From a bacterium (lineage in GTDB: Bacteria > Patescibacteriota > Patescibacteriia > Patescibacteriales > UBA12465): a stretch of 64,000 bases of DNA. Each line of letters begins with the position of its first letter. Position 1 is the stretch's first letter. Of the stretch, positions 1 through 8,883 are shown piece after piece. The notes under the pieces were generated by a model, which saw only the letters and a list, made by a program, of their open reading frames with translations, was not told where the DNA came from and ran no database searches. The stretch is from contig DAONDZ010000002.1 in NCBI GenBank assembly GCA_035402825.1, positions 65,854-129,853 of the forward strand, in the 5' to 3' direction. The translations under genes were made by a program, and so were the position numbers.

Positions 1-26
1 CAAAATATCAGAGGCCATAATTACAA

Positions 27-1037
27 TTATTTTTTGATGAACCGATAGGCTAAATCAGCCAACCGATTGCTATAACCCCATTCGTTGTCATACCAAGCTA
101 TCACTTTCAGCAAATTTCCTCCCACCACTTTAGTCATTCCCAAATCAACTATAGCGCTATAAGGGTTGCCGATGATATCGGTGGAAACCAAAGGATCATT
201 GCTAGCTAAGATAATATTTTTATACTGCTTTTCTTTAGCCGCTTTCACAAAAGCTTGATTAACCATATCCACGGAAACTTTTTTAGTGGTCACAAAAACG
301 ATATCGCAAAGCGAACCGACTGGAGTAGGCACCCGCACTGATAAGCCGTCAAACTTGCCTCTCAGTTCCGGAATCGCTTCAGTGGCCGAAATAGCCGCGC
401 CAGTAGTAGTCGGTACCATATTAATGGCAGCGGCTCGGGCTCGGCGCAAATCTTTATGCGGTCCGTCCACTAAATTCTGATCAGCCGTATAAGAATGAAT
501 AGTGGTCATAATCGCTTGCTTGATGCCAAAACGGCGGCGCACCACATCAGTCACCGGAGTTAAACAATTGGTAGTGCAAGAAGCGCAAGATAATATTTTG
601 TCGCTTTTCAACATCTTGCTGTCGTTAACACCCAGAACAATGGTTTTCACTTTGTCCTCCTTGCCTTTAGCCGGAGCCGACAAAACCACTTTCTTAGCAC
701 CAGCTTTAATATGCTGCATCAGTCCTTCCTGATTAGTGAAACGGCCAGTACATTCCAAAACTAAGTCTACTTGTAATTTTTTCCAAGGCAAAAGGCTAGG
801 ATCTTTTTCGGCTAACACCGGAATTTTCATTCCTTTAACCACTAAATGCTTAGCATCACTCGAAACAGAGTGCGGATAAACGCCATAGCAGGAATCATAT
901 TTCAAAAGTTGCGCTAAAGTTTTAGTGTCGGTTAAATCATTAATTGCCACCACTTTTAAAGCGGGGTATTTTTCTAAAATGACTTTTAAGACGGCTCGGC
1001 CAATACGGCCAAAACCATTGATTGCGATGTTCGCCAT
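27..1037 (-). CDS. gap: Glyceraldehyde-3-phosphate dehydrogenase (type I)
   Basis: NGFGRIGR NAD-binding N-terminus and catalytic SCTTNCL motif; full-length 336 aa. Confidence 0.95.
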   Translation of the reverse strand: MANIAINGFGRIGRAVLKVILEKYPALKVVAINDLTDTKTLAQLLKYDSCYGVYPHSVSSDAKHLVVKGMKIPVLAEKDPSLLPWKKLQVDLVLECTGRFTNQEGLMQHIKAGAKKVVLSAPAKGKEDKVKTIVLGVNDSKMLKSDKILSCASCTTNCLTPVTDVVRRRFGIKQAIMTTIHSYTADQNLVDGPHKDLRRARAAAINMVPTTTGAAISATEAIPELRGKFDGLSVRVPTPVGSLCDIVFVTTKKVSVDMVNQAFVKAAKEKQYKNIILASNDPLVSTDIIGNPYSAIVDLGMTKVVGGNLLKVIAWYDNEWGYSNRLADLAYRFIKK

Positions 1038-1121
1038 AAATAATAGAATAAATTGTTATGGCCATATTATATCATAAAAACGCCCGCTATACCAAGTCGG
1101 AAGCATAAAATAGCTCCAAAC

Positions 1122-1148
1122 AAAAAGCCCCATTCTCTGGGGCTTTTT
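1122..1148 (-). terminator. Intrinsic terminator after the PSP1 gene (bidirectional shape)
   Basis: AGCCCC-attctct-GGGGCT hairpin flanked by an A-run and a T-run. Confidence 0.7.
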
Positions 1149-1165
1149 GTTATTATAATAATTGA

Positions 1166-1978
1166 TTATTTCTTTTTCTTGTCGTGCCTATTTAAATCTA
1201 CCTCCACGACGCTATAGCCGCTATCTTTATCCGCCTGGAATTTCACATCCACAGACTGCTTCAAGACATGATGGCCGATAACTTCGCCGCGTTTGCCGTC
1301 CACATTAACCTTAGCGCCTAGAGGCGGCATCTTCTTGGCCATTTCTTGATATCCTTCATATTCATAAGCCAAGCAACACATTAACCGGCCGCACATACCG
1401 GAGATTCTTTCGCTGCCCCGGTGAACCACTTGCTGGGTTTCGGCCATTTCCGAGGTCACAGAGGAAAAGTCTTTAATAAAACCACGGCAACAAAGATTCT
1501 GGCCGCAATGGCCGCAATCACCGTTAACCCGAGCTTCATCTCTGGCGCCGATCTGAGTTAAACGAATGCCGACATTAAAATGAATGGTGAGATCCTTAAC
1601 TAATTGGCGAAAATCAACTCGCCCCTCGGCGGCAAAAGCAAAGTTAATGCGCGAACCGCCTAAAGCAAAACGAACATCTACTAATTTCATCGGCAAATTA
1701 TAGCGATCAATTAAAGATTGGCAAAAATTCAGAGCCTCCTGCTTCTGTTGAGCGCTAGCAGCCTGCTCCAAATCATTGGCGCTGGCTAAACGCAAAATCG
1801 GCTTAATCTCTTCCCCGTCCTCATTCTTCTCCAGTTGAGAAAAATTAACCACTGAAGCTAAGTCGGTACCTAAGTCAGTTTCCACCACCACGGTGTCGCC
1901 CACCTTAAGCTCTAACCCTTCGTAGCTGAAGTGATATTTCTTATCCCAAGGAGCAAATTGAACTTGGACTACTTTCAT
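1166..1978 (-). CDS. PSP1 domain protein (RicT/YaaT-like)
   Basis: Cys-rich PSP1 C-terminal signature (CGHCGQNLCC, CGRLMCCLAYE) and typical N-terminus MKVVQVQF. Confidence 0.8.
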   Translation of the reverse strand: MKVVQVQFAPWDKKYHFSYEGLELKVGDTVVVETDLGTDLASVVNFSQLEKNEDGEEIKPILRLASANDLEQAASAQQKQEALNFCQSLIDRYNLPMKLVDVRFALGGSRINFAFAAEGRVDFRQLVKDLTIHFNVGIRLTQIGARDEARVNGDCGHCGQNLCCRGFIKDFSSVTSEMAETQQVVHRGSERISGMCGRLMCCLAYEYEGYQEMAKKMPPLGAKVNVDGKRGEVIGHHVLKQSVDVKFQADKDSGYSVVEVDLNRHDKKKK

Positions 1979-1980
1979 AA

Positions 1981-2781
1981 TTATAGGCTGAAGCGAACGA
2001 ATTGATTAATTTTGATATTACCCAAAACCTGTTCGACGCTCTTTTTGTCGTCTTTGATATATTCCTGCTTCACTAAACAAATTTCGGCATAGAACTTAGA
2101 AAGCTTGCCTTCGCTGATTTTGTCAATCATATTTTCCGGCTTGCCTTCTTTGAGTAATTGTTCGCGATAGATTTCTTTTTCCTTGGCCACTTCTTCAGCC
2201 GGCACTTCTTCCGGCAATAAATAGCGCGGATTAGCGGCGGCTACCTGCATGGCAATGTCAGTAGCTAAAGCTCCTTGGCCGGCTTCGCTCAAAACCACCA
2301 TGGCGCCGATGCGGCCACCTAAATGGCTATAAGCAGAAACGGTCGGGCCGGAAACTACAGCAAAACGCTTGATGCCTAACTTCTCGCCAATAGTGCCGCT
2401 CAAGTTATCCAATTCTTCTTGGACAGTACCGGCCCCCAAAGGCAAAGCTAAAAGAGCGGCTAAATCAGCCGGCTTCTCTTCTTTTATAATATTTAAAACT
2501 GAATCAGCAAAAGCTTGAAATTTTTCATTTAGCGCCACAAAATCGGTTTCAGCATTAACTTCTACAATGTAGCCTTCGGTTTGATCGGCGTTCACCGCCA
2601 ACTTAATCACGCCTTCGCTGGTATCGCGGTCAGTCCGCTTAGCAGCTTTAGCAATACCCTTCTTGCGCAAAATCTCCACGGCGGCATTCATATCGCCGTT
2701 GGACTCAGTCAAAGCCTTTTGGCAATCAACCATGCCGGCACCAGTTTTCTCACGCAATTCTTTGATTTGTTGCATGTCCAT
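1981..2781 (-). CDS. tsf: Translation elongation factor Ts
   Basis: UBA-like N-terminus IKELREKTGAGMVDCQKAL; sits downstream of rpsB as in the conserved rpsB-tsf operon. Confidence 0.95.
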   Translation of the reverse strand: MDMQQIKELREKTGAGMVDCQKALTESNGDMNAAVEILRKKGIAKAAKRTDRDTSEGVIKLAVNADQTEGYIVEVNAETDFVALNEKFQAFADSVLNIIKEEKPADLAALLALPLGAGTVQEELDNLSGTIGEKLGIKRFAVVSGPTVSAYSHLGGRIGAMVVLSEAGQGALATDIAMQVAAANPRYLLPEEVPAEEVAKEKEIYREQLLKEGKPENMIDKISEGKLSKFYAEICLVKQEYIKDDKKSVEQVLGNIKINQFVRFSL

Positions 2782-2806
2782 ATTTTTTAGATTAAAGAGA
2801 AAATAA

Positions 2807-3508
2807 TTATTTTTTAGCTTGTTCCATTTCGGCTTTGGCGGCCAAAACAGTTTCTTTCACGGCATTCATGATAACCTTCACGGTCTTAGAGGAATCATCG
2901 TTAGCCGGAATCGGATAATTTGCTAAATCCGGATTAACATTGGTATCGCAGATAGCGATAATCGGGATATGTTTAGCGCGAGCTTCGGCGACAGCAGTCG
3001 CTTCTTCTTTGATGTCCCAGACGAATAATGCGTCCGGCAGCTTGGTGAGCATAACGAGTCCGCCCAACCGAGCTTCTAACTTCTTAATCTCGCGATCAAA
3101 ATTCAATTGTTCTTTCTTGGTATATTTATCTAATTTGCCTGATTCTTTCTGAGAAGTTAAATCCAAATACTTTTTGATTGACTTCTTGATAACGGCAAAA
3201 TTAGTAATGAATCCACCTAACCATTTGCCGGAAACATACGGCATGGCAATCTCCTGAGCAGTTTCAGCAAAAATCTTCTTAGCCTGATTTTTAGTACCCA
3301 CAAATAAAATGTTCTTTTCTTCTTTCACTAACTTAGCGATATAAGCCAAAGCCTGTTCCAACTTCTCGCTGGTCTGGTTAAGGTCAATGACATAAAGACC
3401 TTTCTTGGCGGCAAAAATGAATGGTTTCATTTTCGGATGCCAACGATTAGTCCGATGGCCGAAGTGAGCTCCAGCCTTAAACAATTCTTCCACGGTTACT
3501 TTTGACAT
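2807..3508 (-). CDS. rpsB: 30S ribosomal protein S2
   Basis: LFKAGAHFGHRTNRWHPKM signature; conserved rpsB-tsf order. Confidence 0.95.
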   Translation of the reverse strand: MSKVTVEELFKAGAHFGHRTNRWHPKMKPFIFAAKKGLYVIDLNQTSEKLEQALAYIAKLVKEEKNILFVGTKNQAKKIFAETAQEIAMPYVSGKWLGGFITNFAVIKKSIKKYLDLTSQKESGKLDKYTKKEQLNFDREIKKLEARLGGLVMLTKLPDALFVWDIKEEATAVAEARAKHIPIIAICDTNVNPDLANYPIPANDDSSKTVKVIMNAVKETVLAAKAEMEQAKK

Positions 3509-3664
3509 AATTTTTTCTTTTCACGCCTATTCCTCTAATTTAAGCTAAAAATAGCCTAAATCAAGAAAAATTGAGGAATATGTTGTGTAATTAGATTATA
3601 AATAGAGGCTAAAATGCCTCTGAAATATAAGAATATAGCATTTTTCGGTATCTGTCAACCATAA

Positions 3665-4021
3665 TTAGCCGATATTCGGCCCTCGGTCATACTGCGGTTC
3701 GGCTACCATCACTCCCTGCTTCTTTTTAGGCTGAGCACCGCTCTCGGTTTCAATGGGAATGCCCAAAGCATAGGCTAAGGCGTTAGCGGTCAGCACGCCG
3801 ATACGCAAGGAAGTGAAACTGCCGCCGCCATCGGCTATCTTAATCTTTTTTAAATCTTTTAATTTTAATTTAGCTTTCTTTAGCAAGCGATCAATCTCCG
3901 GCAATAATTTTTCCGACTGCAGGCGGGGTGCCGAAAACTCTCGGGAAAAAATAATTTTTCCTTGTTTGATTAAGGCCAATTTAATTTCCTCTTGATGGGC
4001 AGTGCTAATATATAAGGTCAT
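3665..4021 (-). CDS. tsaB: TsaB-like protein (tRNA t6A pathway), N-terminal half only
   Basis: GGGSFTSLRIGVLTANALAYALGIP matches the TsaB/YeaZ core, but the ORF is only 118 aa. Confidence 0.6.
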   Translation of the reverse strand: MTLYISTAHQEEIKLALIKQGKIIFSREFSAPRLQSEKLLPEIDRLLKKAKLKLKDLKKIKIADGGGSFTSLRIGVLTANALAYALGIPIETESGAQPKKKQGVMVAEPQYDRGPNIG

Positions 4022-4025
4022 AGAT

Positions 4026-4955
4026 TTAACTTAATATCTTTTTTATATCTCGCAAGCTCTCCACTTTCACCAATTGTTCTCGGAGCTGGCTGGCGCCGGA
4101 CAATCCCCGCATATACCAAGCCAGATGTTGGCGCATTTCTATTATCCCTCGCTTCCCTTTCTGCTTTTGTACCAGTTCGGCGTGTTTAATAGCCACGGCA
4201 AAAACTTGTTTGGCTTTTCCGGAAATATTATCTGTCTTTCCCTTTAAAGTCTTAAACAACCAGGGACGGCCTAAAGCTCCGCGGCCAATACCCACTCCAG
4301 ACACTCCGGTATTTTTCAAAACCATTTTCATTCCTGACAAATCTTCAATGCCGCCGTTAGCTAAAATAATGCCGGGAAATATTTTTTTAGCCTCTTTAAT
4401 CATTGCCAAGTCAATCGGTCCGGCAAACCCCTGACTCAAGCTGCGGCCGTGAATCATGACCGCGGCCACCGGCAAGTCAGAAATATTTTGCAAAAAATCC
4501 AAAGCGGAAACTTTCCCCGACTGAGTTCTAATTTTCACCGACACCGGTACGGAACTATTTTCCAAAACCGCCTCAATCACCTGGCGGGACAATTTTAAGT
4601 TAGCCATCAGTGCCGCTCCGGCTTTTTGTTTTAAAACTTTCTTCACCGGGCAACCGAAGTTAATATCAATTCCATCCGGCTTTATCTTTTGACAAACTAT
4701 TTTAGCCGCTACCGCAAAATGCTCCGGATCAGAGCCGAAAAGCTGGACGACATAGGGCCGTTCTTTTTTTTCAAAACTTAATAGCTTCAAAGTCTCCTGG
4801 GAATTATAAAACAAAGCAGTGGCTGAAGCCATCTCGCTATAGACCACATTAGCGCCATACTTTCTAGCCAACAATCTAAAAGCGCTGTCGGTAAAACCGG
4901 CCAAAGGAGCCAAAGCTAAAATCGGGCGCGGTATTTTCTGCCAAAAGTTCTTCAT
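4026..4955 (-). CDS. dus: tRNA-dihydrouridine synthase
   Basis: LAPLAGFTDSAFR, DINFGCPVKKV and HGR motifs of the Dus family. Confidence 0.9.
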   Translation of the reverse strand: MKNFWQKIPRPILALAPLAGFTDSAFRLLARKYGANVVYSEMASATALFYNSQETLKLLSFEKKERPYVVQLFGSDPEHFAVAAKIVCQKIKPDGIDINFGCPVKKVLKQKAGAALMANLKLSRQVIEAVLENSSVPVSVKIRTQSGKVSALDFLQNISDLPVAAVMIHGRSLSQGFAGPIDLAMIKEAKKIFPGIILANGGIEDLSGMKMVLKNTGVSGVGIGRGALGRPWLFKTLKGKTDNISGKAKQVFAVAIKHAELVQKQKGKRGIIEMRQHLAWYMRGLSGASQLREQLVKVESLRDIKKILS

Positions 4956-4958
4956 AAT

Positions 4959-6329
4959 TTATTTCTTCATCACTATAGAACCGGCGCTACCATCCTTAAC
5001 GCTATATCCTTGGCCTTCAATTTCTTGTCTTAATTTATCCGCTCCGGCATAATCCTTATTCTCCCTGGCTCGATCCCTCTCTTGGGCTAATTTAGTAATC
5101 GCTGCCGGTATCTCAGAAATTAAATCCAAGGCCAACACTTTTTCAAAATCAATAATGGTGGCCAATTTGTCTTGGTTCGGCAAGCTGGACTTTAACATTT
5201 CACTAACCACCGCCAAGGCCTGCGGAGTATTTAGATCATCATTTAAAGCTCCTAAAAACTTTTCTTGCCACACCGAGTCAATTTCTCCTCGCTCTGTTCC
5301 TAAATCAGAAACTTGGTTACGCAAATGCTCCAAGGCATTATTAGCCGCTTCAATTATTTCCGGGGTATATTCCGCTGGCTTGCGATAGTGGACATTCAAA
5401 AGAGCCAAACGATAGGCCAACGGATCAATACCATGACTAATCACCGCGCTGTCTAAAGTCAAAAAGTTAGCTTCACTCTTAGCCATCTTTTTGCCGCCGG
5501 CAATTACCAAGAAAGCATTATGCATCCAGTAGTCAAAAAACTTTTGGGAAGTAGCCGCTTCGCTCTGGGCGATTTCATTGGTATGGTGGACGTTAATATG
5601 GTCAATGCCGCCGCAATGAATATCTAAATGTTCTCCCAATAAGCTAAGACTAATGGCGGAACATTCAATATGCCAACCCGGAAAACCGACGCCCCAAGGC
5701 GACGGCCATTCCATCTGTCTTTTCTGGCCCAAAGGAGAAAACTTCCACAGAGCAAAATCGGTGGGATTAATTTTTTCCGGATTCTTTTCCACTCGCGCCC
5801 CCTCCTTCAAATCTTCCAAAGGCAAATGACTGAGCTTATTATAGTGCTCTATTTTAGCGGTATTAAAATATAGTCCATCGCTAGTTTGATAGGTATAGCC
5901 CTTGTCCACCAATTTCTCAATTAATTTTATCTGGTCCTCAATATAGTCAGTGGCTTTAGCCCAAATAGTCGGCGGAATAATATTCAAAGCGGCAATATCT
6001 TTTTTAAACGATTGGGTATAGAATTCAGCCACCTCCCAAGCGGTTTTGCCTTCTCGGGTAGCGCCAGCCTCTATTTTATCCTCGCCAATATTACCATCGC
6101 CCACTAAATGGCCGACATCGGTAATATTCATGACGTGCTTTACCTGATAACCGTTATAATTCAAAACCCTTTTTAAAATATCTTCAAAGACATAGGCACG
6201 CAGATTGCCTAAATGAGCAAAGTTGTAGACAGTCGGACCGCAAGTATATAAACCCACCTCGTCGGTAAAACGAGGCTTAAAATCTTCTAAACTGCGGGTC
6301 AAGGTATTATATAATTTTAGAGTAGCCAT
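4959..6329 (-). CDS. cysS: Cysteine--tRNA ligase
   Basis: Class I HLGN (HIGH-type) and KMAKS (KMSKS) motifs; CysRS-like N-terminus LYNTLTR. Confidence 0.95.
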   Translation of the reverse strand: MATLKLYNTLTRSLEDFKPRFTDEVGLYTCGPTVYNFAHLGNLRAYVFEDILKRVLNYNGYQVKHVMNITDVGHLVGDGNIGEDKIEAGATREGKTAWEVAEFYTQSFKKDIAALNIIPPTIWAKATDYIEDQIKLIEKLVDKGYTYQTSDGLYFNTAKIEHYNKLSHLPLEDLKEGARVEKNPEKINPTDFALWKFSPLGQKRQMEWPSPWGVGFPGWHIECSAISLSLLGEHLDIHCGGIDHINVHHTNEIAQSEAATSQKFFDYWMHNAFLVIAGGKKMAKSEANFLTLDSAVISHGIDPLAYRLALLNVHYRKPAEYTPEIIEAANNALEHLRNQVSDLGTERGEIDSVWQEKFLGALNDDLNTPQALAVVSEMLKSSLPNQDKLATIIDFEKVLALDLISEIPAAITKLAQERDRARENKDYAGADKLRQEIEGQGYSVKDGSAGSIVMKK

Positions 6330-6330
6330 A

Positions 6331-7320
6331 TTATTCTAATCCGGCCATTTTTTTCATCTTGGCCAATGATTTTTTAAAGTGTAAAATATTGAGCTTTAAA
6401 TTATTTTCCCCCATAGACTTCTTCCACTCCCGACCGATATCGGTTTTAGATAAAGCCAAGTCAGTCTGATTCTTTTTAATCTCTTCCAGTTCTAAGAGCA
6501 GAGCTTCGCGGCGGTCTTTTAAAGTATTGTAATCGCCATCAAACTCCCAATAAAGGTTCTTGAGCTGCTGCTCCAGGGACAAGACCAGTCTTTGAAAGAT
6601 CTTCTTCTCCACCGGACTAGCTTCTTCTCCTTCCAAAAACGGCAAAACCTCTTCTAAATCTTTTTGAGAAAGAGCCAGATAAAAAGCCGGCACATTTTTC
6701 AAAACTCGCTTCTCCAATTTGCCATTCTTAATCACTGCTCCGTATTGGATATAGGCGCCATTTTTGGAAATAATCCGATCACTGATTTTTTCCCCCTTGT
6801 TCTCCAAAGAATGATTTTCGTTGGCGCTCATTTCATCCACGCCGCAAATCGGATTGCCGGTCTCTTCGTCAATAATCACCGTATCAATGCCATGATAATC
6901 ATCAAAGCGCGAAGAGCGGACGGTGATAAAGCCGTTGCCCTGGCCGCCGGTAATTTTATGGAACAACAATATCAAAACTTTTTCAGCAATGATGCCCATT
7001 TTAGTTTCACGGTCCTTCTCCCAGGCCTCTCGGCTGAGTCCTGATTTTTCTATAAAAATATTCTCAGTATCCGAAATATATTTTTCCGCTCGGGAACGAT
7101 CATAGAAATCAGGCGGATAACTGTCTAAAGCAATAGCCGCGTCATCACTTACGAAATAACCATAGCTGTCATTAATCTCTTGCGCCACTTTTTTTAATTG
7201 CTTATCCAAGCCCTGCTGGTACTCAGAAAAACCGGCCAACTTTTCAGCTTTCGGTTTCTTGGCATATTTATCAAATTGGCTTAAATCTATTTTTCCCAAA
7301 GGCTTGAATTCTTGTCCCAT
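6331..7320 (-). CDS. Hypothetical protein (329 aa, coiled-coil-rich C-terminus)
   Basis: Long uninterrupted ORF tightly packed between cysS and the next gene; no motif I can name. Confidence 0.6.
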   Translation of the reverse strand: MGQEFKPLGKIDLSQFDKYAKKPKAEKLAGFSEYQQGLDKQLKKVAQEINDSYGYFVSDDAAIALDSYPPDFYDRSRAEKYISDTENIFIEKSGLSREAWEKDRETKMGIIAEKVLILLFHKITGGQGNGFITVRSSRFDDYHGIDTVIIDEETGNPICGVDEMSANENHSLENKGEKISDRIISKNGAYIQYGAVIKNGKLEKRVLKNVPAFYLALSQKDLEEVLPFLEGEEASPVEKKIFQRLVLSLEQQLKNLYWEFDGDYNTLKDRREALLLELEEIKKNQTDLALSKTDIGREWKKSMGENNLKLNILHFKKSLAKMKKMAGLE

Positions 7321-7324
7321 ATAA

Positions 7325-8062
7325 TTATTTTTTTAAATATTTTTGTCTTAAAGTTTCCGGAAATCTTTCAATGGCATAACGGAGCGTGGTGCGCGACATC
7401 TGGAGCCGCCGCGGCCAAAGGAATTTTTCCAATTCCGATTGATTAGCCTTGCCCGCCTCTCTCAGCATCCAACCCACCGCCTTATGCATCAAATCATGCG
7501 GATCGGCTAAGAATCTATCAGCCAGTTTAAACACCTCTATTAACCGGCCCTGCTTGATTAAAGGGAAGCTGGCTAAAACCGCGATTCTCCTCTCCCATAG
7601 ATTCTTAGACCCGGCCAGCTTGTCTAGCTTCTGCCGCGAACGGGAGAGATAATATGCGCCAACAATTTTAGGAGCGGATAAATCCACTAAATCCCAATTG
7701 TTAATCCACTTAATATTTTGCAAGTACATTTTAACTATTGCCGCCTTCTCTTTTTCATCAGCCCGTTGATATTTCTCCACTAGAATCAACAAGGCCGCCA
7801 AACGGCATTCGTGAATTTTGTTCTGCAATATTTTTAAAACTTCCTCTAAACTCAACTCCTGATATTTCTTAGCTAAAATCCTAGTCTGCGGGACCATGAT
7901 TCCCCAAAACATATCGCCGGCTCCATATTGCCCCAATCCAGTCTTAAAGAAGCGCAACAAGTTTTGGGCTTGTCCTGGATTTTGCAGTCGCTTCATTTCA
8001 GCTAGCAAGCTAGAAGAGCGGAGTTTGTCTTTTTTGACTGACGCTGTTAACGGCTTGGACAT
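7325..8062 (-). CDS. DNA alkylation repair protein (AlkD-like HEAT-repeat family)
   Basis: LRFFKTGLGQYGAGDMFWGI..P..R and the WINNWDLVD pattern typical of the DNA_alkylation family. The 53-nt overlap with the upstream gene suggests the true start may be the ATG at 7996. Confidence 0.75.
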   Translation of the reverse strand: MSKPLTASVKKDKLRSSSLLAEMKRLQNPGQAQNLLRFFKTGLGQYGAGDMFWGIMVPQTRILAKKYQELSLEEVLKILQNKIHECRLAALLILVEKYQRADEKEKAAIVKMYLQNIKWINNWDLVDLSAPKIVGAYYLSRSRQKLDKLAGSKNLWERRIAVLASFPLIKQGRLIEVFKLADRFLADPHDLMHKAVGWMLREAGKANQSELEKFLWPRRLQMSRTTLRYAIERFPETLRQKYLKK

Positions 8063-8783
8063 AGGCGCAATAATCGCAATCAGCTCCGGAGGCCGGAATC
8101 TGGTCTTGCATTAAACAGGCTTTAGCTTTTAATAATGTTTCATCTATCCAATTAGCATGGCCGGAATAAGGAATAATCTTAACATCAAATTCTAGCTTGG
8201 CATCAAAGGCTTGGCGATCAGTGCGGCCGTTGCAATAGACGAAATAACCGGTATCGGAAACGGCGTAACCATTTTGACGCAGTAACCATTGATAAACTTC
8301 CATTTGCCGCTTGTAACCGATTTGCCAATCGGCATCAATGTTCACCTCGCTATCTTTGCTGGTAGACTTGTAATCCACTACATAGATATTCTGTTTAGCA
8401 TCCACCCAGAGATCATCCACTGCTCCGAATACCAAAAAATTAGTTTGAGGATGCAAATATTGGACGCCGTGAAAATTAGTCCGCCAGTCATTTAACTCCC
8501 GATGGCTGAAAGGTATCAAATCCAAACCATAGCTTTGCATCAGCGGATGAGTCTGATTTTTAGCGCGATGCAAATCAAATTCTTTCTTGAGCAAGGTGTC
8601 CACGGCCGAATTTAAGTTGAAAGGAAATCCCGGCGGCTGAGAAACACCCAAACGACGATCTAAATAGAAACAACGGGGACAATTCAAAAACAAGTCGATT
8701 TTAGAACGGCTGAGCTTGAAAGGCTCTTTAGATTTAGGGTCAAAGAGATTTTTACCTCTTTGCGGGTTATAGAAATTAGACAT
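8010..8783 (-). CDS. PD-(D/E)XK nuclease family protein with CxxC...CxxC cysteines (Cas4/RecB-like fold)
   Basis: CPRCFY near the N-terminus, GAVDDL...VVDYKS (D...DxK) core, CDYCAY near the C-terminus. Confidence 0.65.
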   Translation of the reverse strand: MSNFYNPQRGKNLFDPKSKEPFKLSRSKIDLFLNCPRCFYLDRRLGVSQPPGFPFNLNSAVDTLLKKEFDLHRAKNQTHPLMQSYGLDLIPFSHRELNDWRTNFHGVQYLHPQTNFLVFGAVDDLWVDAKQNIYVVDYKSTSKDSEVNIDADWQIGYKRQMEVYQWLLRQNGYAVSDTGYFVYCNGRTDRQAFDAKLEFDVKIIPYSGHANWIDETLLKAKACLMQDQIPASGADCDYCAYVQAVNSVSQKRQTPLF

Positions 8784-8837
8784 AAAACTACTTCTAATAT
8801 TACTATTTAGGCCTTAAAAAAGCAAATAAACAAAAGA

Positions 8838-8861
8838 GCCTCTTTTATCCTGAAAAGAGGC
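8838..8861 (-). terminator. Intrinsic terminator after the beta-CASP gene
   Basis: 9-bp stem GCCTCTTTT/AAAAGAGGC followed by a U-rich tract on the minus strand. Confidence 0.7.
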
Positions 8862-8883
8862 CCAGTAAATCAAACTAATTAGC

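Noticed and set aside
7996-8062. 53-nt overlap between the nuclease and AlkD-like genes as a programmed frameshift or fusion
   Set aside because: A downstream ATG (7996) gives a normal short intergenic spacing. No slippery sequence is evident.
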